From: Okamejei kenojei | Lineage: Eukaryota | NCBI GenBank assembly: GCA_035221665.1 | Contig: CM069156.1 | Location: forward strand, 17,360,001 to 17,424,000 | DNA length: 64,000 bases | Reading direction: 5' to 3' | In this document: positions 43,218-55,207 of the stretch, piece by piece | How positions within the stretch are numbered: position 1 is the first letter of the stretch | How the letters are laid out: every line of letters starts with the position of its first letter | Program-made: the position numbers and the translations under genes | The notes under the pieces: model-generated | The model's input: the letters and a program-made list of their open reading frames with translations, nothing else | Told to the model about the DNA's origin: nothing | Databases searched by the model: none

Positions 43218-43475
43218 ATCATAAGATTATGTGTGATAGGAGCAGAATTAGGCCATTTGGCCCATCAAGTTTACTCTGCCAATCAATCATGGCTGATCTA
43301 TTTCTCCCTCCTAACTTCATGCTCCTGCCTTCTCCCCATAACCTCTGACAACTGTACTAATCAAGAATCTATCTGTTTCTGCCTTAAATATATCCACAGC
43401 CTTCGGTGGCAAAGAATTCCACAGATTCACCACCATCTGACCAAAGAAATGCCTCCTCTTCTCCCTAAAAAAAAC
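43218..43475 (-). mobile_element. CR1 3' end
   Basis: Matches 23225-23470. Confidence 0.75.
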
Positions 43476-45284
43476 ACGTAAAAAAACTAAGCAAGTAACG
43501 CCCCCAAAGTAGCTGTGACCTTTTATAGCAGGATATCACAAACAGTCAACAGCTTTTGGCTGCAATATATTTAGGAATTAAATTTTAAATTTCATCTCTG
43601 GATCTGCAAGCTAGGGGTTAAAATCATTTTTTCCCCTCCTCCTCCACTACCACCGAGTTATGGTAAACAAAAACATCTTTGTTTGCTCCTGCTGCTCTTG
43701 AGTCCCTTTCGCTGTAAATGCAATCAACTATTCAAGGAAACCTGCAATTTGAACAAATATTGACTGCAATAAACAATGTGCTGTGACACACCCAAAGGCT
43801 CTTGGCTGAAAGCAAGTCTGTGTCCAGCATTGTTTTAACTGAATCCATCAAGACTGCTCCAATACAAGGCATACTTTATGTCTAAATGTGCTCAGCAGCA
43901 AATACAGACAGATTCACAAAATAAATGGCAATCAGGACACTGAACTGTCGCGGCTGCGGTATCTACTGCTGTTTAACATATAAAACATGCAGAATATTTC
44001 AGGAGCAGAAAGGGATGTCCAGGTTACATTGTACACCAGGGATGTCACAAATGGCATCATGCTGTGGAGTTGAGTTCCATCCGCCATCACCCCAATTTCT
44101 CACCCCCTTCCTCACCCGTCTCCAGAGTCCCTTCTCAGAAAATGCACATAAAGTCAAATATGTGCTTTGACCTGCACTGCCCCATTCACCATTTCCCAGA
44201 ACAATATCCCCCCCCCCCCTCCTCCCCCAACCATTTCCTAGACGTCTTCCAACCATCTGCTGCAAGGCCCAACCACACAAAACCTGCTCCCACCTCACAA
44301 AGTGCCTCTAGCCACCATCCCCCCTTTCCACTCCCATTTCTATTACTGAAAAATGAAGCACAATCAAGTCTCCTTGAGTTACCCCTCTCTAATTTCTTTG
44401 CTCTTGTAATAACGGCACCTACTCTCACTGCAGAATAACTGTGCAGACCTCCTACATCCTGGAGATGTGGCTACTTTTCACACACTAACTACAGCACCAC
44501 CCACAAAGCCCTATCAATTCACAGAATAAATAAATATCACTTGCTGACTGACAATTTATTGAGGTATAAGCTTTATTCGTAATTTATTTTTGGCAGCATA
44601 ACAACGGAGCTTATTGGTGTCCTGAAGGTGGGTGTCATCTGTTTTAATAGAATAGTTCTGAATGGTACTCCTTTCCCATGAGAAAGAAAGGCTACATCTG
44701 ATTGCTGCAAAAAGACTTCCCCCAATAGAATTTTTCAAAGAATATGCAGAGGTCAGCCAAGGACAGTGCCAAAATTCTTGAGAATCAAAAGATTTGTTGT
44801 TTGTGAAACCGGAGGCTATTCGCGCCATTGTGTCGATGGCAGTGTCTACATTTTTATACTAATCTTGTTCCTTACCTTTAAGTACATAGACATGGAGGAC
44901 ACAATGCTTCAAGATCTCATCCATTTTAAAACATGTAGGGTTTGAGCTGTAGATCAATACCATACCATTCTTCGGGCAAAAATAAATATTCCCTAATCCT
45001 TACAATTTTTCAAATTCCATGTCCTTTAGTTATTGATCTGGCTGCTCTGTTCATTAAACATCCCCCACCCCCCATCCATGTTCTCCCAAACGATGCCACC
45101 TGATCCGCTGAGTTCCTCCATGACTTTGTGTCCTTTATTTTAAAAAAAAGCAACACCAGTTAAATTATTCCTTCAGTCCTGGGACCCCTGAATCCTCCTT
45201 TGTATTTTCCATAGCTCCATCGTACGAGCTGCCACACGCTCCATGGACCAGCCATCTCCTCCTATGCTGCAGGAGAATATGAGA

Positions 45285-45568
45285 AATAGAAACAGAGAAA
45301 CATAGAAAATAGGTGCAGGAGGAGGCCATTCGGCCCTTCGAGCCAGCACCGCCATTCATTGAGATCATGGCTGATCGTCCCCAATCAATAACCCGTGCCT
45401 ACCTTCTCCCCATATCCCTTGATTCCACCAGCCCCTAGAGCTCTATCTAACTCTCTATTAAATCCATCCATTGATTTGGCCTCCCCTGCCTTCTGTGGCA
45501 GGGAATTCCGCAAATTCACAACTCTCTGGGTGAAAAGTTTTTTCTCACCTCAGTCTTAAATGGCCTCT
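45285..45568 (-). mobile_element. CR1 3' end
   Basis: ACATAGAA repeats and GGCCATTCGGCCC tail, as at 26834. Confidence 0.8.
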
Positions 45569-45689
45569 ATAATAATTTACAATTACAAGCTAATGATCAA
45601 TGCATAGTTCAATTGATCATAAAGAAATGTTAAGATTACAAAGCCAGAGAAATTTAAAGCGCATAACTGGCCTGTAACTATTTAGTCAA

Positions 45690-46875
45690 TAGCTATCTTC
45701 CATTTTAAGCAAGCGTACTCCTTCGGCAAGCTTCGTGCACTATGTCCAAAGTCAGAAAATATTCTAAAGTAACGAGACCAAGGCGGGGGGGGGGAGCCGG
45801 GCGAGTGAGTAGGCTGCGAAGAGCGGAGATAGAACCGGCTTAACTCTCTGGAAACCGACATCTGGGCGGGCGGGCGGGGGAGGGAGGGGCGGGGCTTCAC
45901 GAGCTGCACGGGCAGCGAGAAAACTTCCCTCGCTCGAGGCGTCGCTCGCTCACAGCCAGAGACAACCAGCTTGCTTCTGAATCCTCTCCGTCTTCCCCGC
46001 CGGATCTCAGAACATGGCGGCGGCTCTTATCATCGCGCAGGGCACGCGACGAGAAGGTGGACCTGGCGGCCATTACACCCTCTGGGAAGCCCGCTACAGG
46101 ATCTTTGGTCCGCAGCACAGCGGGAGGCGAAAAAATGACTGAATGGGGGGGGGGGGGGGGGAATGAGGAGGGTGGTGGAAAGTGTGCCTGCGTGTTGACA
46201 GCATCTGCTTTAATCGAGAGCGAGGGGGCGGCTGCGAGCAAGGGCATTGTGACGTCCACAGCTGTCGCGAGCAAGGGCATTGTGACGTCCGCAGCTGGGC
46301 AGCAGTTTGATTTTTAAAAAACAGTAAATTTTGTGAACAATTTTATTGAAAATGTGGAGAGATAAATGACCAAATTTAATGAGATGATTTCTAAAATCAT
46401 AAGGTAAATCGCTACTGAAATCTGTAATAATTTGCCCGTTTTGGCATCTGGTTTTCGAGGAAATACGTTTCAAAGACAAAATGACACACACACACAGTTT
46501 TAAAAGTATACTAGACCAAGTGCAGACCCGTTGGGTCTGTTCCCCCAACGCGCGTTTGCGGGGGGGGGGGGGGGGGGTGTGGGGCGGCATGTGGCGTCAC
46601 ACACACTAACCACCCCCACATTAACTACCCCCTTGATATTATATTATTATTAATTAGATCCTTTTACCCCATAACCGCTCTAGCCCCTGACGCATAGCCC
46701 CCAACTCGCAGGCGTGTCTAGAGAGGGAGAGGGGGGTTAGAGAGTGAGGGCAGAGAGAGAGTGGGGAGGGACAGAGAGAGAGGGGCAGAGGGAGGTGGAG
46801 GGGAGGAGGAGAGGATGGGTGGATGAGGGGGGGAGGGGGGGGAGAAGGGGAGAGGGAGATGGGGAGAGAGTGGAA
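45690..46875 (-). mobile_element. Two Helitron-family segments joined head-to-tail at 46510/46511
   Basis: Minus strand reads ...CAGACCCAACGGGTCTGCACTTGGTCTAG|TATACTTTTAAAACTGTGTGTG...; (GT)n and repeated GACGTCACAATG follow; CpG-rich interior. Outer boundaries uncertain. Confidence 0.65.
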
Positions 46876-47420
46876 TACAGTTTATCCAGCCTGATGATTT
46901 GTACACTTGGTATGATCATTTAATATTTCCTTGATATTTATCGTATCCAATATTTCATTTTCATTCTTCCTGACTTCAATTTCCAGATCATCCTTCTCTT
47001 GTGAAGGTAGACACATAATATTGTTGCCGAACCAAACTCAGGTTTATCTTTTTCCATCCCTTTTCCTTATTAACCTTTTGTTCCTTATGTTTATAAAAAA
47101 TATTAAGGTTATCCTTGACTTTTCCTGCACATTTTCTTTTCCGTGTTCTCTCTGTCTTACCAGGTTCTTCTCCAACTTAACCCTTGCAAATTGTACAATA
47201 TTCTTCTTTTTAAATTTGTCTGTTGAGTGACATTAAACAATGCTAACTTCTTTGCTGCCATTTTTCCAGTTCTTGTTTCCTCACCTTTTCAAACGTGTTC
47301 ATTCATCCCCTGCCTTCCACGTAACTCTGCCTGTAGCTCTTTTGAGTTCTTTTGAGCACAGATACCTCCTTCTCCAGAACTATTACTTGCCTCCCAGGAA
47401 CCTTGCCTCCTTCATCATTT
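46876..47420 (-). mobile_element. Old CR1 ORF2 internal fragment
   Basis: Degenerate Lys/Arg-rich stretch between EN and RT ending ..YKSSGWINCIP (KSPGPD.IHP-like). Confidence 0.5.
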
Positions 47421-50189
47421 ATTAGTAATGCATTAATTTTAATTATCCAATTTATGTTTATATCATCAATGTCCTAAGCTCTGGAATTCTCTTCCTAAAC
47501 CTATTCCCCTCCTGATCATTCTGGTCAGCACTCTTAGTGAGTTTTCCAATATTTGGTTATTTAATGAAGCCTGCAAAGCAAAAATCATGCTGTATTAAAT
47601 GTACAATATAAATGCAATTTATCTTATTCGTAGAACCCTCTTTCTATGTCATAAGGAAATATGAGAATTACGAGCATGTTAGAAAGTTCTTTCATTTTAC
47701 TTGGAGTGGAATGTCAACTTGCACTCACATCCTAAACACCAAGTTTTCAACATTCTACTGGGAAAGGATTGCTATTAGTTCACAGTCACACCAGACATAG
47801 TGTGAACATCCCTGTCATTCCCAGGACATGCATTCCACACGGTTCTCCATTGTTTTTTCCGGCCCTCACCAGAGTGCAAGCTAGCTTTCAGTTGGCCAGA
47901 GCATGTTCCAACTTCAAGAATGTAAGTGGATACGGTTGCTGAAGTATCACAGAAATCCCTTCAGGATGTTGAGAAGTTAGACTTGAATTTGAATCAAAAT
48001 TAATTACTTGCCGGAACCAAGTCCCACCTCAGCTGCTTGGTTCCCAGTCACCAGTAGATGCTCCAACCACTGATGACTCTGCCAGGATGTAGACCCCTTT
48101 GTAACTGGTTGCACTGGAGACTTCTTCAGTGTATGAGTCTGTGGGTGCAGATTCAAGGAATGCAACTTCAGCACCATCTGGTGGGCTTCCTGGAGAATTT
48201 CACCTTGCAGTCAGTTGATCCAATGCAATGCTGTCAAACATTAAGATCAGTTCAATCTTGGAGAAAATAAACCAATTCATCATTGATCTACTTGTTACTG
48301 GTTTGTTTTCAGGAGCAAGGACCCTCAAATGACTATTTTTTTAAATTAAAGAATTACATTTATAGCCAAGGGCAGTGATGTGTGCCTCACTGAAAGAAGT
48401 AAAGTGAGATATGCAAGGACAACTGAGAGTGCGTCGTGGAATACAATGCAAGTATTGAATTCATTGATTCAATATTCACTAAGAATTCATCAATTTCATT
48501 TCACATGATATTTTAAATACTAACCAAGTAACTCCCAAAAAAGAGTAGCTTTCCTAAGTAAATGAAACCCGAGCAACTTAGGCAGGGGTAAAAATCCTGT
48601 TCTTTCATCACAAGAGCCTGTGGCAGGTGACATGTCCTGTTGGACCTGGCACTGGAAGTAAACAGTGTGCTTTAAATCATTTTGAAGCTGCTCCTATATC
48701 AAAAGTGTTGGAAGCATTGATCTTAATCCCGAGTCAGATATCAAATGACAATGAACAGGTACCACCCATCTATGTGCACCACACAGAGGAGTCTTGTTGT
48801 CTACTCTGTCGAAGGTAGGTCTTGTACAATTATCCTCAAACAGTGCAAGCAGCAGCATGTCTGACCCAGTCGGCATTCTTCCGTGATGCCTTTACATCCT
48901 ATAGCGAGTTGCCCGAAGTTCTGCAGCCAAATCTTTGGCGTGCATTTTCTTGCAAAACAAATTACAGCATTTTTCCTTTAAACATCTTGCATACTCCCAG
49001 AACTGTGCATAGCATACGATAGGTTAGGAATCTCTGGGCTGGATCAAGTTTTCCAGTGATGTTGATAAGGGATGAAATATGACCAGATCATTACGGCCAA
49101 CCCTGTGCAGCTCTTGGATATAGAAACAAGGAACTTCAAATGTTGGTTTACAAAAAAAAAACTAAGTGCTTGAATAACTCAGTGGGTCAGGCGGGATGGA
49201 TAGATGCTGCATGACCCGCTGAGCTACTCAGGCACTGTGTCTAATTTTTGCCCTGATATGGCTATTTTACATCAACCTCAGGCAAAATAGAGGGTTCTAT
49301 CTTAAATCTCAGCATAAGTTCAGATCCTTCAACTGCACAACAATTATTTAGTGCAGACAAGCACCAAAATGTGCTGTGGTTCTGCAGTCATTAGTTGGAC
49401 TCACACTGGAGAGCAGTCACATCAAGTGCAAGAGGGCATTCTCAGTGAGCTTGGCAGCAAGCTTTGTAACAAAGGAATACAAGTGTAAGTCAGTTTCTAA
49501 ATGAAGAGGATGAACCGGTACCTTGTCAGGACTGGGGATACAAGCCCTTTGAGCTCAACGCTGAATTGAACTTTTCCCCCAAATCAAAACAGTACCAAAG
49601 CAGAAAAAAATGAATCTGTGTTACCTGAAGGATGTCGAGTTAAGCCTTCCAATTTCATGTTCAGTTTATTCAAGCTGCCACAGGATTTTGACGTAACAGG
49701 GATTAAAGGTATGAGAGGAAGAATGGATCATCAATTCTCAATTATCTCACTGCTGGCACTTTTTTCAATCTTGCTCTTGTTCTGCACTATGGATTTGGCC
49801 TTTCACTTGAACCAATTATTGAAAATGCAAGATTTAAATCAGTTACAGGATCTCAATGCCCTGACTCAAACTAACAACTTTTGTAGTTGTTAGCCAGATT
49901 AAGCCAATAAACCCAAATAGACGATGGTAAAACAGATGGAAGGAAGGTGCCTACTCATGCCAGTGTGAATGTTCACATAAGCGGACAGCTGTCGAGAATG
50001 ACACGTTCTTTGCCTCAGTGGAAAAAATTAAACCAGTACTAAATCAGGCCAGCTCCATCAACATGCTCTGATTTCAAACACTGCTTTGAAATTCCAGCAA
50101 TTTATTTTCTCAATTTAAAGTGCAGCAGAAGAAATTTGATTCTAATTGGCAGATTGAATCTTCCAATCCATTGTAATAAGTACCAAAGA

Positions 50190-51130
50190 GTTAAGAGTGT
50201 TTGTATCTTCGCCAAAAGGCTGTGGCAGCGCTGAAATTCTCACAGAATCTTACTCACATTTTTCCCGTCGTCACGATAATCAGGTTCCCTTCAGATTTGA
50301 TGCTATATTTCACAAGTTATTGATGATTACATTTTTTAAAAAAGCAAAAAATGGCTTCTGAGAGAGTCTTCCAGCAGCTTCCAGTGATGATGTCACAATG
50401 CCATCTCACAGTCCACCAATCACAATGGGCTCTCATTTACACAAGCTGCCGAGTGTGACAATTACATCACAATGGGACATTGCCAACAGTAACGGCAGCA
50501 ACAGCTTGAAGGAGAGGTTGCCAATGGTAATGACAGCAGAAGCTTGGAGGAGAATGCTGCGCGCCACCATCTTCAGACCGACTGGGCCTCACAAGGGGGG
50601 AGGAGTGTGTGACGGGGGTGGGGTGGTGTATGACGGGGTGAGGGGTCAAGTTAAAAGTCGACTTTATTCATTGACTCCCTCACAGATTAATTGGCGTTTT
50701 ACAACTTTCCTCGAACGCTGCCCGCAACCTCTGCAAAAATCTTAACGCTACCGTGTAAGTCTCCATGTCAAAGGCAGCTATTGTTTTTCAAAGTTGGCTT
50801 TTTTAAAACTTTAAATATCAATAACTTTTGTAAGATTTCGCAAATTTTACTCCCAGCCCACTCCCTTAAATTTCATGTCATTGATATTTAAAGTTTTAAA
50901 AAGCCCAGTTTGAGAAGCATAACTGTCACTCTGCTTTGAGTTTTCTGGCAGCCTCCAGTGATGATTTCACAATGTCATCTCACAGTCCACCAATCACAAT
51001 GGGATCATTTACATAAGCTGCAGAGTCATTGTTGCCAACGGTATCGGCAGCCAAGAATTTTACCCTCAGCTTACTCCCCAGAGCCCACTCCCCACAGCCT
51101 ACTCCCAAAGTCCACTCCCCACAGAATTTT
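50190..51130. mobile_element. Helitron-like non-autonomous element with internal direct and inverted repeats
   Basis: GATGTCACAATG motifs like the other Helitrons; ~90-bp direct repeat (50377-50455 / 50948-51025); inverted repeat 50773-50927. Termini not seen. Confidence 0.45.
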
Positions 51131-52662
51131 GAGAGGCAGAATTTTGGCCATGCCCTTCTCTGGCATTGGTGGCCCAATCGTTGAGCAGCAAAAATGTAAT
51201 TGTCTCTTGTATGTAGGATAGTGCTCGTGTATGGGAATCTCCGGTCGGCGCGGACTCGGTGGGCCGAATGGCCTGTTTCCGAGCTCACGAAAGTATACAC
51301 AGCAACAAAAGAGCATGCATGACACACAGTTAAACTCCAACAATCAATGGACACCACTATTACAGACAATCGTTGACTCAGCAACAAATGGATAACACAT
51401 AGTCATTCAGTCAGCCCCAAGTGATCATATTGGGGATTAGCAATGCATACTTAATACATATCTAAGTTTCAGATCATTAACTTTTATACTGATATAATGA
51501 AGGCAATATATTTAGTTGGAAAGAGTGGAAAAATATACAAAGATCATGAGTGAGTCAAATAAATTTGCGTGGTGAATTTATTAACATTACATTTTTTTTC
51601 AAACTGACATTAGTATTTGACCCCACTGCTGCAGAACCCATGAAACCGGCCCACAATGTGCACACATGCCCTTCTTGCTTTCTACATGAGAACTGTAGTT
51701 CTTTTGAAATTCTACCAACTGCTTACCTTCAGAAATGAAATAATTATTCCTGAGCGATCACAAAACACCCCTTAGAATCATTTATCTATTTGCTATAAGA
51801 CCAGTAGGCTAAGCCTTTTACCAAAGATCAATTTATGAGACCGAGTTTGTTGTTGAATTCCTTGTATGCAGTTGCCCCAACCTCGCAGCAACAAACTACA
51901 GTAACAGATCTGGACAATGGAATGCGCCACACGAAACACCTCGTCAATCCATCGCCCAAGGCTGCTCATTTTAATCTGAATCCATGTGCTTTGTGCACAA
52001 GAACCAGCTTTTCTTCCTGTCTAATAAGCAATTACTGTAATACCACTATCCTTTCTAAAGCAAATAAGCTTGTATAAACCACATGGCAGCAGAATCCCAG
52101 TAACAAATAAGTCTTCACACAGACACACATACCAGCTGTATTTAGAGAAGTACTGTGATAACAAGCAGTAACAAGGAATGACAAGGGCTATTTCAACGAT
52201 TCCCAAAGGGGGTGTACCACTCAACTCAATGAACATTGGCAATGGACCAAAATGTCCATACACAGCAATTTGTTAATTTGTTCATCACATATTCATGAGC
52301 CCTATGATGGTCAACGTATCTCGCAGCAACTGAAGTCATGCAGACCACCAAACTCAATCAAGTGAGCTTGATAGGAAATTCCTAGAAATCTGAAATAAAA
52401 CAGAAAATGGTGGAAATACTCAGCAAGTCAGGCATTATTTGTGTAGGCAGAGAAAAACAGAATTTAAAAAGTCCTATGCACCATAAACTATCAAATGAGT
52501 TGATAATGATTTCCTCTGCCGCACCTTAGATGTTGCCTGACTTTTGCAGTACAGAACTCCGCAGGAGATCCTTCTTCCCTGTGGCTATCAAACTGTACAA
52601 CTGGATCAGTGCACTGTGGATGCCTTGATTGTAATCCTGTATAGTCTTTTCATTGACTGGAT

Positions 52663-52898
52663 TGTTAAAGTTCGTTTTACTTTCCACAGACAACCAGACA
52701 CAGATCAAGTAAAGCAAGACTTCTTTATTCGCTAGCGCGAGTGGGCAGCAGCTTTAGGGATGATAGATTACATTCCCACAGCTCCTCGTGGCCCCACTCA
52801 CCAAAACAAACGACAGACATCGTAATTATACTATTATCTTATCAGTACATTCCAGTAGCCATAACCATATATGGTAAAACAAAAAGCTCTACAGCCTA
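52663..52898 (-). repeat. 3' LTR remnant (R/U5 side); U3 part lost at the Helitron junction
   Basis: By eye about 15 substitutions plus one 9-nt indel versus the 5' LTR over ~220 nt; ends ...TTTAACA next to the GGAT TSD. Confidence 0.9.
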
Positions 52899-53554
52899 CA
52901 CGATAGCGCTACGAATTTTCGCCACCTTACTCACCAATCCTGTGCTGCAAGTGCAACAAGTTTTGTTCCGATCGATGGTATATTTTAACATTTATTAAGA
53001 TTTAAAACTCTTAAAAACCGCACATTCGCAGAATGGTCTCTTCTCCTGTCAGTCTGTGCCACGCAGATTGGTCTCCTCTCCTGTCAATCAACGCCACAGC
53101 CAGTACAGCAATGCCCCTTCCTGCACTGCGGCCACTCCCGCCTCACTCACAAACTCCTCTCTCTCCTCCTCACAGTAACTTATCCACCGTCTCCCCCACC
53201 ACCGGCGGCGGCCGGGAGGGAGGGTTCAGTGGAGGCCCTGGTCCGGTCTCTCTCTCACCCTTCTCCCCGCCCGCCCTCTGCGGCAATGGCAGTCCCATCT
53301 ACCCATCCCCCTGGTGAATGGCTGCGACCATCTGTCTCCTCCGCCACCGCGGTAACTCATCCACCAGATCTACTCCACCAGCTCATCGAAACTCGTGGTG
53401 CCCACCGTGACGAACACCGACTCCATTCCCCCCCACGGCAGCAACAAGCAGGCAGGCAGGGACGGGCCAAGCGGCAGCAGCAGGCGGTCGGGGACGTGCC
53501 GAGTGGGCAGAGTTAAGGAGGGAGGGAGAGACAGGTTGCTGGGTGGCTGAGCAG

Positions 53555-53590
<36 letters not shown>

Positions 53591-54266
53591 AACTGGTCCA
53601 ATCGTCAAGTCAACGGGATCTAAACCACAGCTAACAATGAATGACCTTTGGAGGAAGGAACTGCAGATACTGCTTTTTATGGAGGGAGGGAGTGACTGAG
53701 GGTAGGGGAAATGAGAGGGAGGGAGAGGTGAGGGGAGATTGGGGGAGGGGAGGAGGAGAGGGGAAAGATCCTGCGGAGGTGAGGAGGGAGAGTGAGGGGT
53801 TTGAGGGAGAGGAAGGGGTAGGGAGGGAGAGAGGAGAGAAAGTGGGGGGAGGTGACGAGGGAGAGTGATGGAGGAGGGAGAATGGAGGGAAAGGAGGGGG
53901 GTGGAGGAGGTAGGGAGTGGGGAATAGAGGGAGAGGAGGGCAATGGGGGGAAGTCAGGAGGGATAGTGGGGGGGGATAGGGGGCTGAGTAGGGGAAAGGA
54001 GAGGGAGGGTGTGGTGAGGGAGGGGTTGGGGAGAGGGAGGAGAGGGCTTAAGAGGGGTTAAGAAGAGGGAGGGTGAAGAAGAAGGGGGAGGGAGTGCTGG
54101 GGATGGAGTGCTGGGGGGATAAGGGGAAATTATCCACGTCTGCGCAGTTGGGGGCTATGCGTGAATGGTGGAATATTGTGTTGGGGGAACGGGTTGCGTG
54201 GGGGAACAGGTGAGTGGTGGAATATTGCATTGTGGAGCAGACCCAACGGGTCTGCAATTAGTCTAG
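52899..54266 (+). mobile_element. Non-autonomous Helitron (5' end deleted) nested in the ERV
   Basis: 3' terminus GCAGACCC-AAC-GGGTCTGC hairpin, short spacer, then CTAG|T (54263-54266); homologous to copies at ~9120-9538 and 46511 onward; contains (CA)n and a purine tract. Confidence 0.8.
53370..53426 (-). pseudogene. ALG13: Captured N-terminal fragment of ALG13 (UDP-GlcNAc transferase subunit) inside the Helitron
   Basis: MESVFVTVGTTSFDELVE* versus the ALG13 N-terminus MKCVFVTVGTTSFDDLI; GC-rich 5'UTR-like sequence upstream (to ~53520). Confidence 0.85.
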
Positions 54267-54373
54267 TTTAATAATAAAAATCAGAGCAATGATTAGCAGA
54301 AGGGTAGAGCCATAATGTATCACAGTACCCCAAAGTCCATCAAACAAATTGTATGGCCACCAGTTCTCACTCT
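54267..54373 (-). pseudogene. env: env TM remnant: Trp-rich membrane-proximal region plus transmembrane helix
   Basis: [35 protein letters not shown], in frame with the THBS2 segment and truncated by the Helitron. Confidence 0.7.
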
Positions 54374-55207
54374 CTTCCTCGACCATCACCCTGATGAAGC
54401 ATGTTTTGGGTCGCTGGATCAGGTGCCACCTGTGGGCGGTATAATCTTTCCAGCCAATATTCTTGGGATCGTGCCATAAAGTTTGCACCTGTCCGAGAGT
54501 GTTGCCAGTGTGCCGGAGAGCATTGTGCAGGTGCTTCCCCCCCCCACCCACTCATGGTGGAGTTAACCACCTTGAGTGAGACGCCAACGTATCCCTGGGC
54601 TTTGAATGGCTTCTCTTTCCAGTAGGTTTGGGTGACCTGTTTCCACATCACCACTTAGAAGCGGCTGCTGGACTGGAAGCCAAAGACAAAGCCGGCGTAG
54701 ATTGCGGTCTGTGTTGACGTAGAAGATGCCACTGAAGTCGATGGCGTTAAACTCATCTAAGCCGAAGCAAGGAGGGTCAGAGTTGGCGGTGTGCATTAAC
54801 TCCCTGCCCTGGCTGCGCACTACCCAGTTAGGATCAATCTGCGTCGTCCCCTTTGGAACTTCCTCAGGTCGGTCTCGCTGATGGCGCTGTTCTCGGGGCG
54901 CACGTCATAGATGTCTTGGATGTTGTCGTTGTCAAAGTCGTCCTTGCAGGTGTTTCTTCTGCCGTCACCATCAACATTGATCTGGTCAGGGTTGGGGACA
55001 AGGCGGCAATTGTCCTTCTCATCAGGAACGCCATCATTGCCATCCTCATCAATGTCCTGATTGTCATCACACTGATCACCCACCAGGTCTGAGTCATTGT
55101 CTTCCTGGTCAGGGTTATGCATAAGTGGACAGTTATCACACATGTCTCCAACCCTATCTGGTCAGTGTTATAAATGTAAGGACAGTTGTCAGCCTCATTC
55201 AGGATGT
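54374..55207 (-). pseudogene. THBS2: Processed (intronless) thrombospondin-2 fragment: type-3 Ca-binding repeats plus most of the C-terminal L-lectin domain
   Basis: [17 protein letters not shown] / [72 protein letters not shown] / [37 protein letters not shown] / [14 protein letters not shown] / [21 protein letters not shown] / [43 protein letters not shown] and GWKDYTA are THBS2- rather than THBS1-type residues. Several frameshifting deletions. Confidence 0.93.

Noticed and set aside
48000-48230. Possible minus-strand exon with open frames
   Set aside because: No recognisable homology and weak splice signals.
53640-54125. Gly/Glu- or Pro/Ser-rich ORFs
   Set aside because: Polypurine low-complexity tract within the Helitron.
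54374-55207. Functional THBS2 gene exon(s)
   Set aside because: No introns across about six exons, frameshifts and a stop, and embedded in a provirus.
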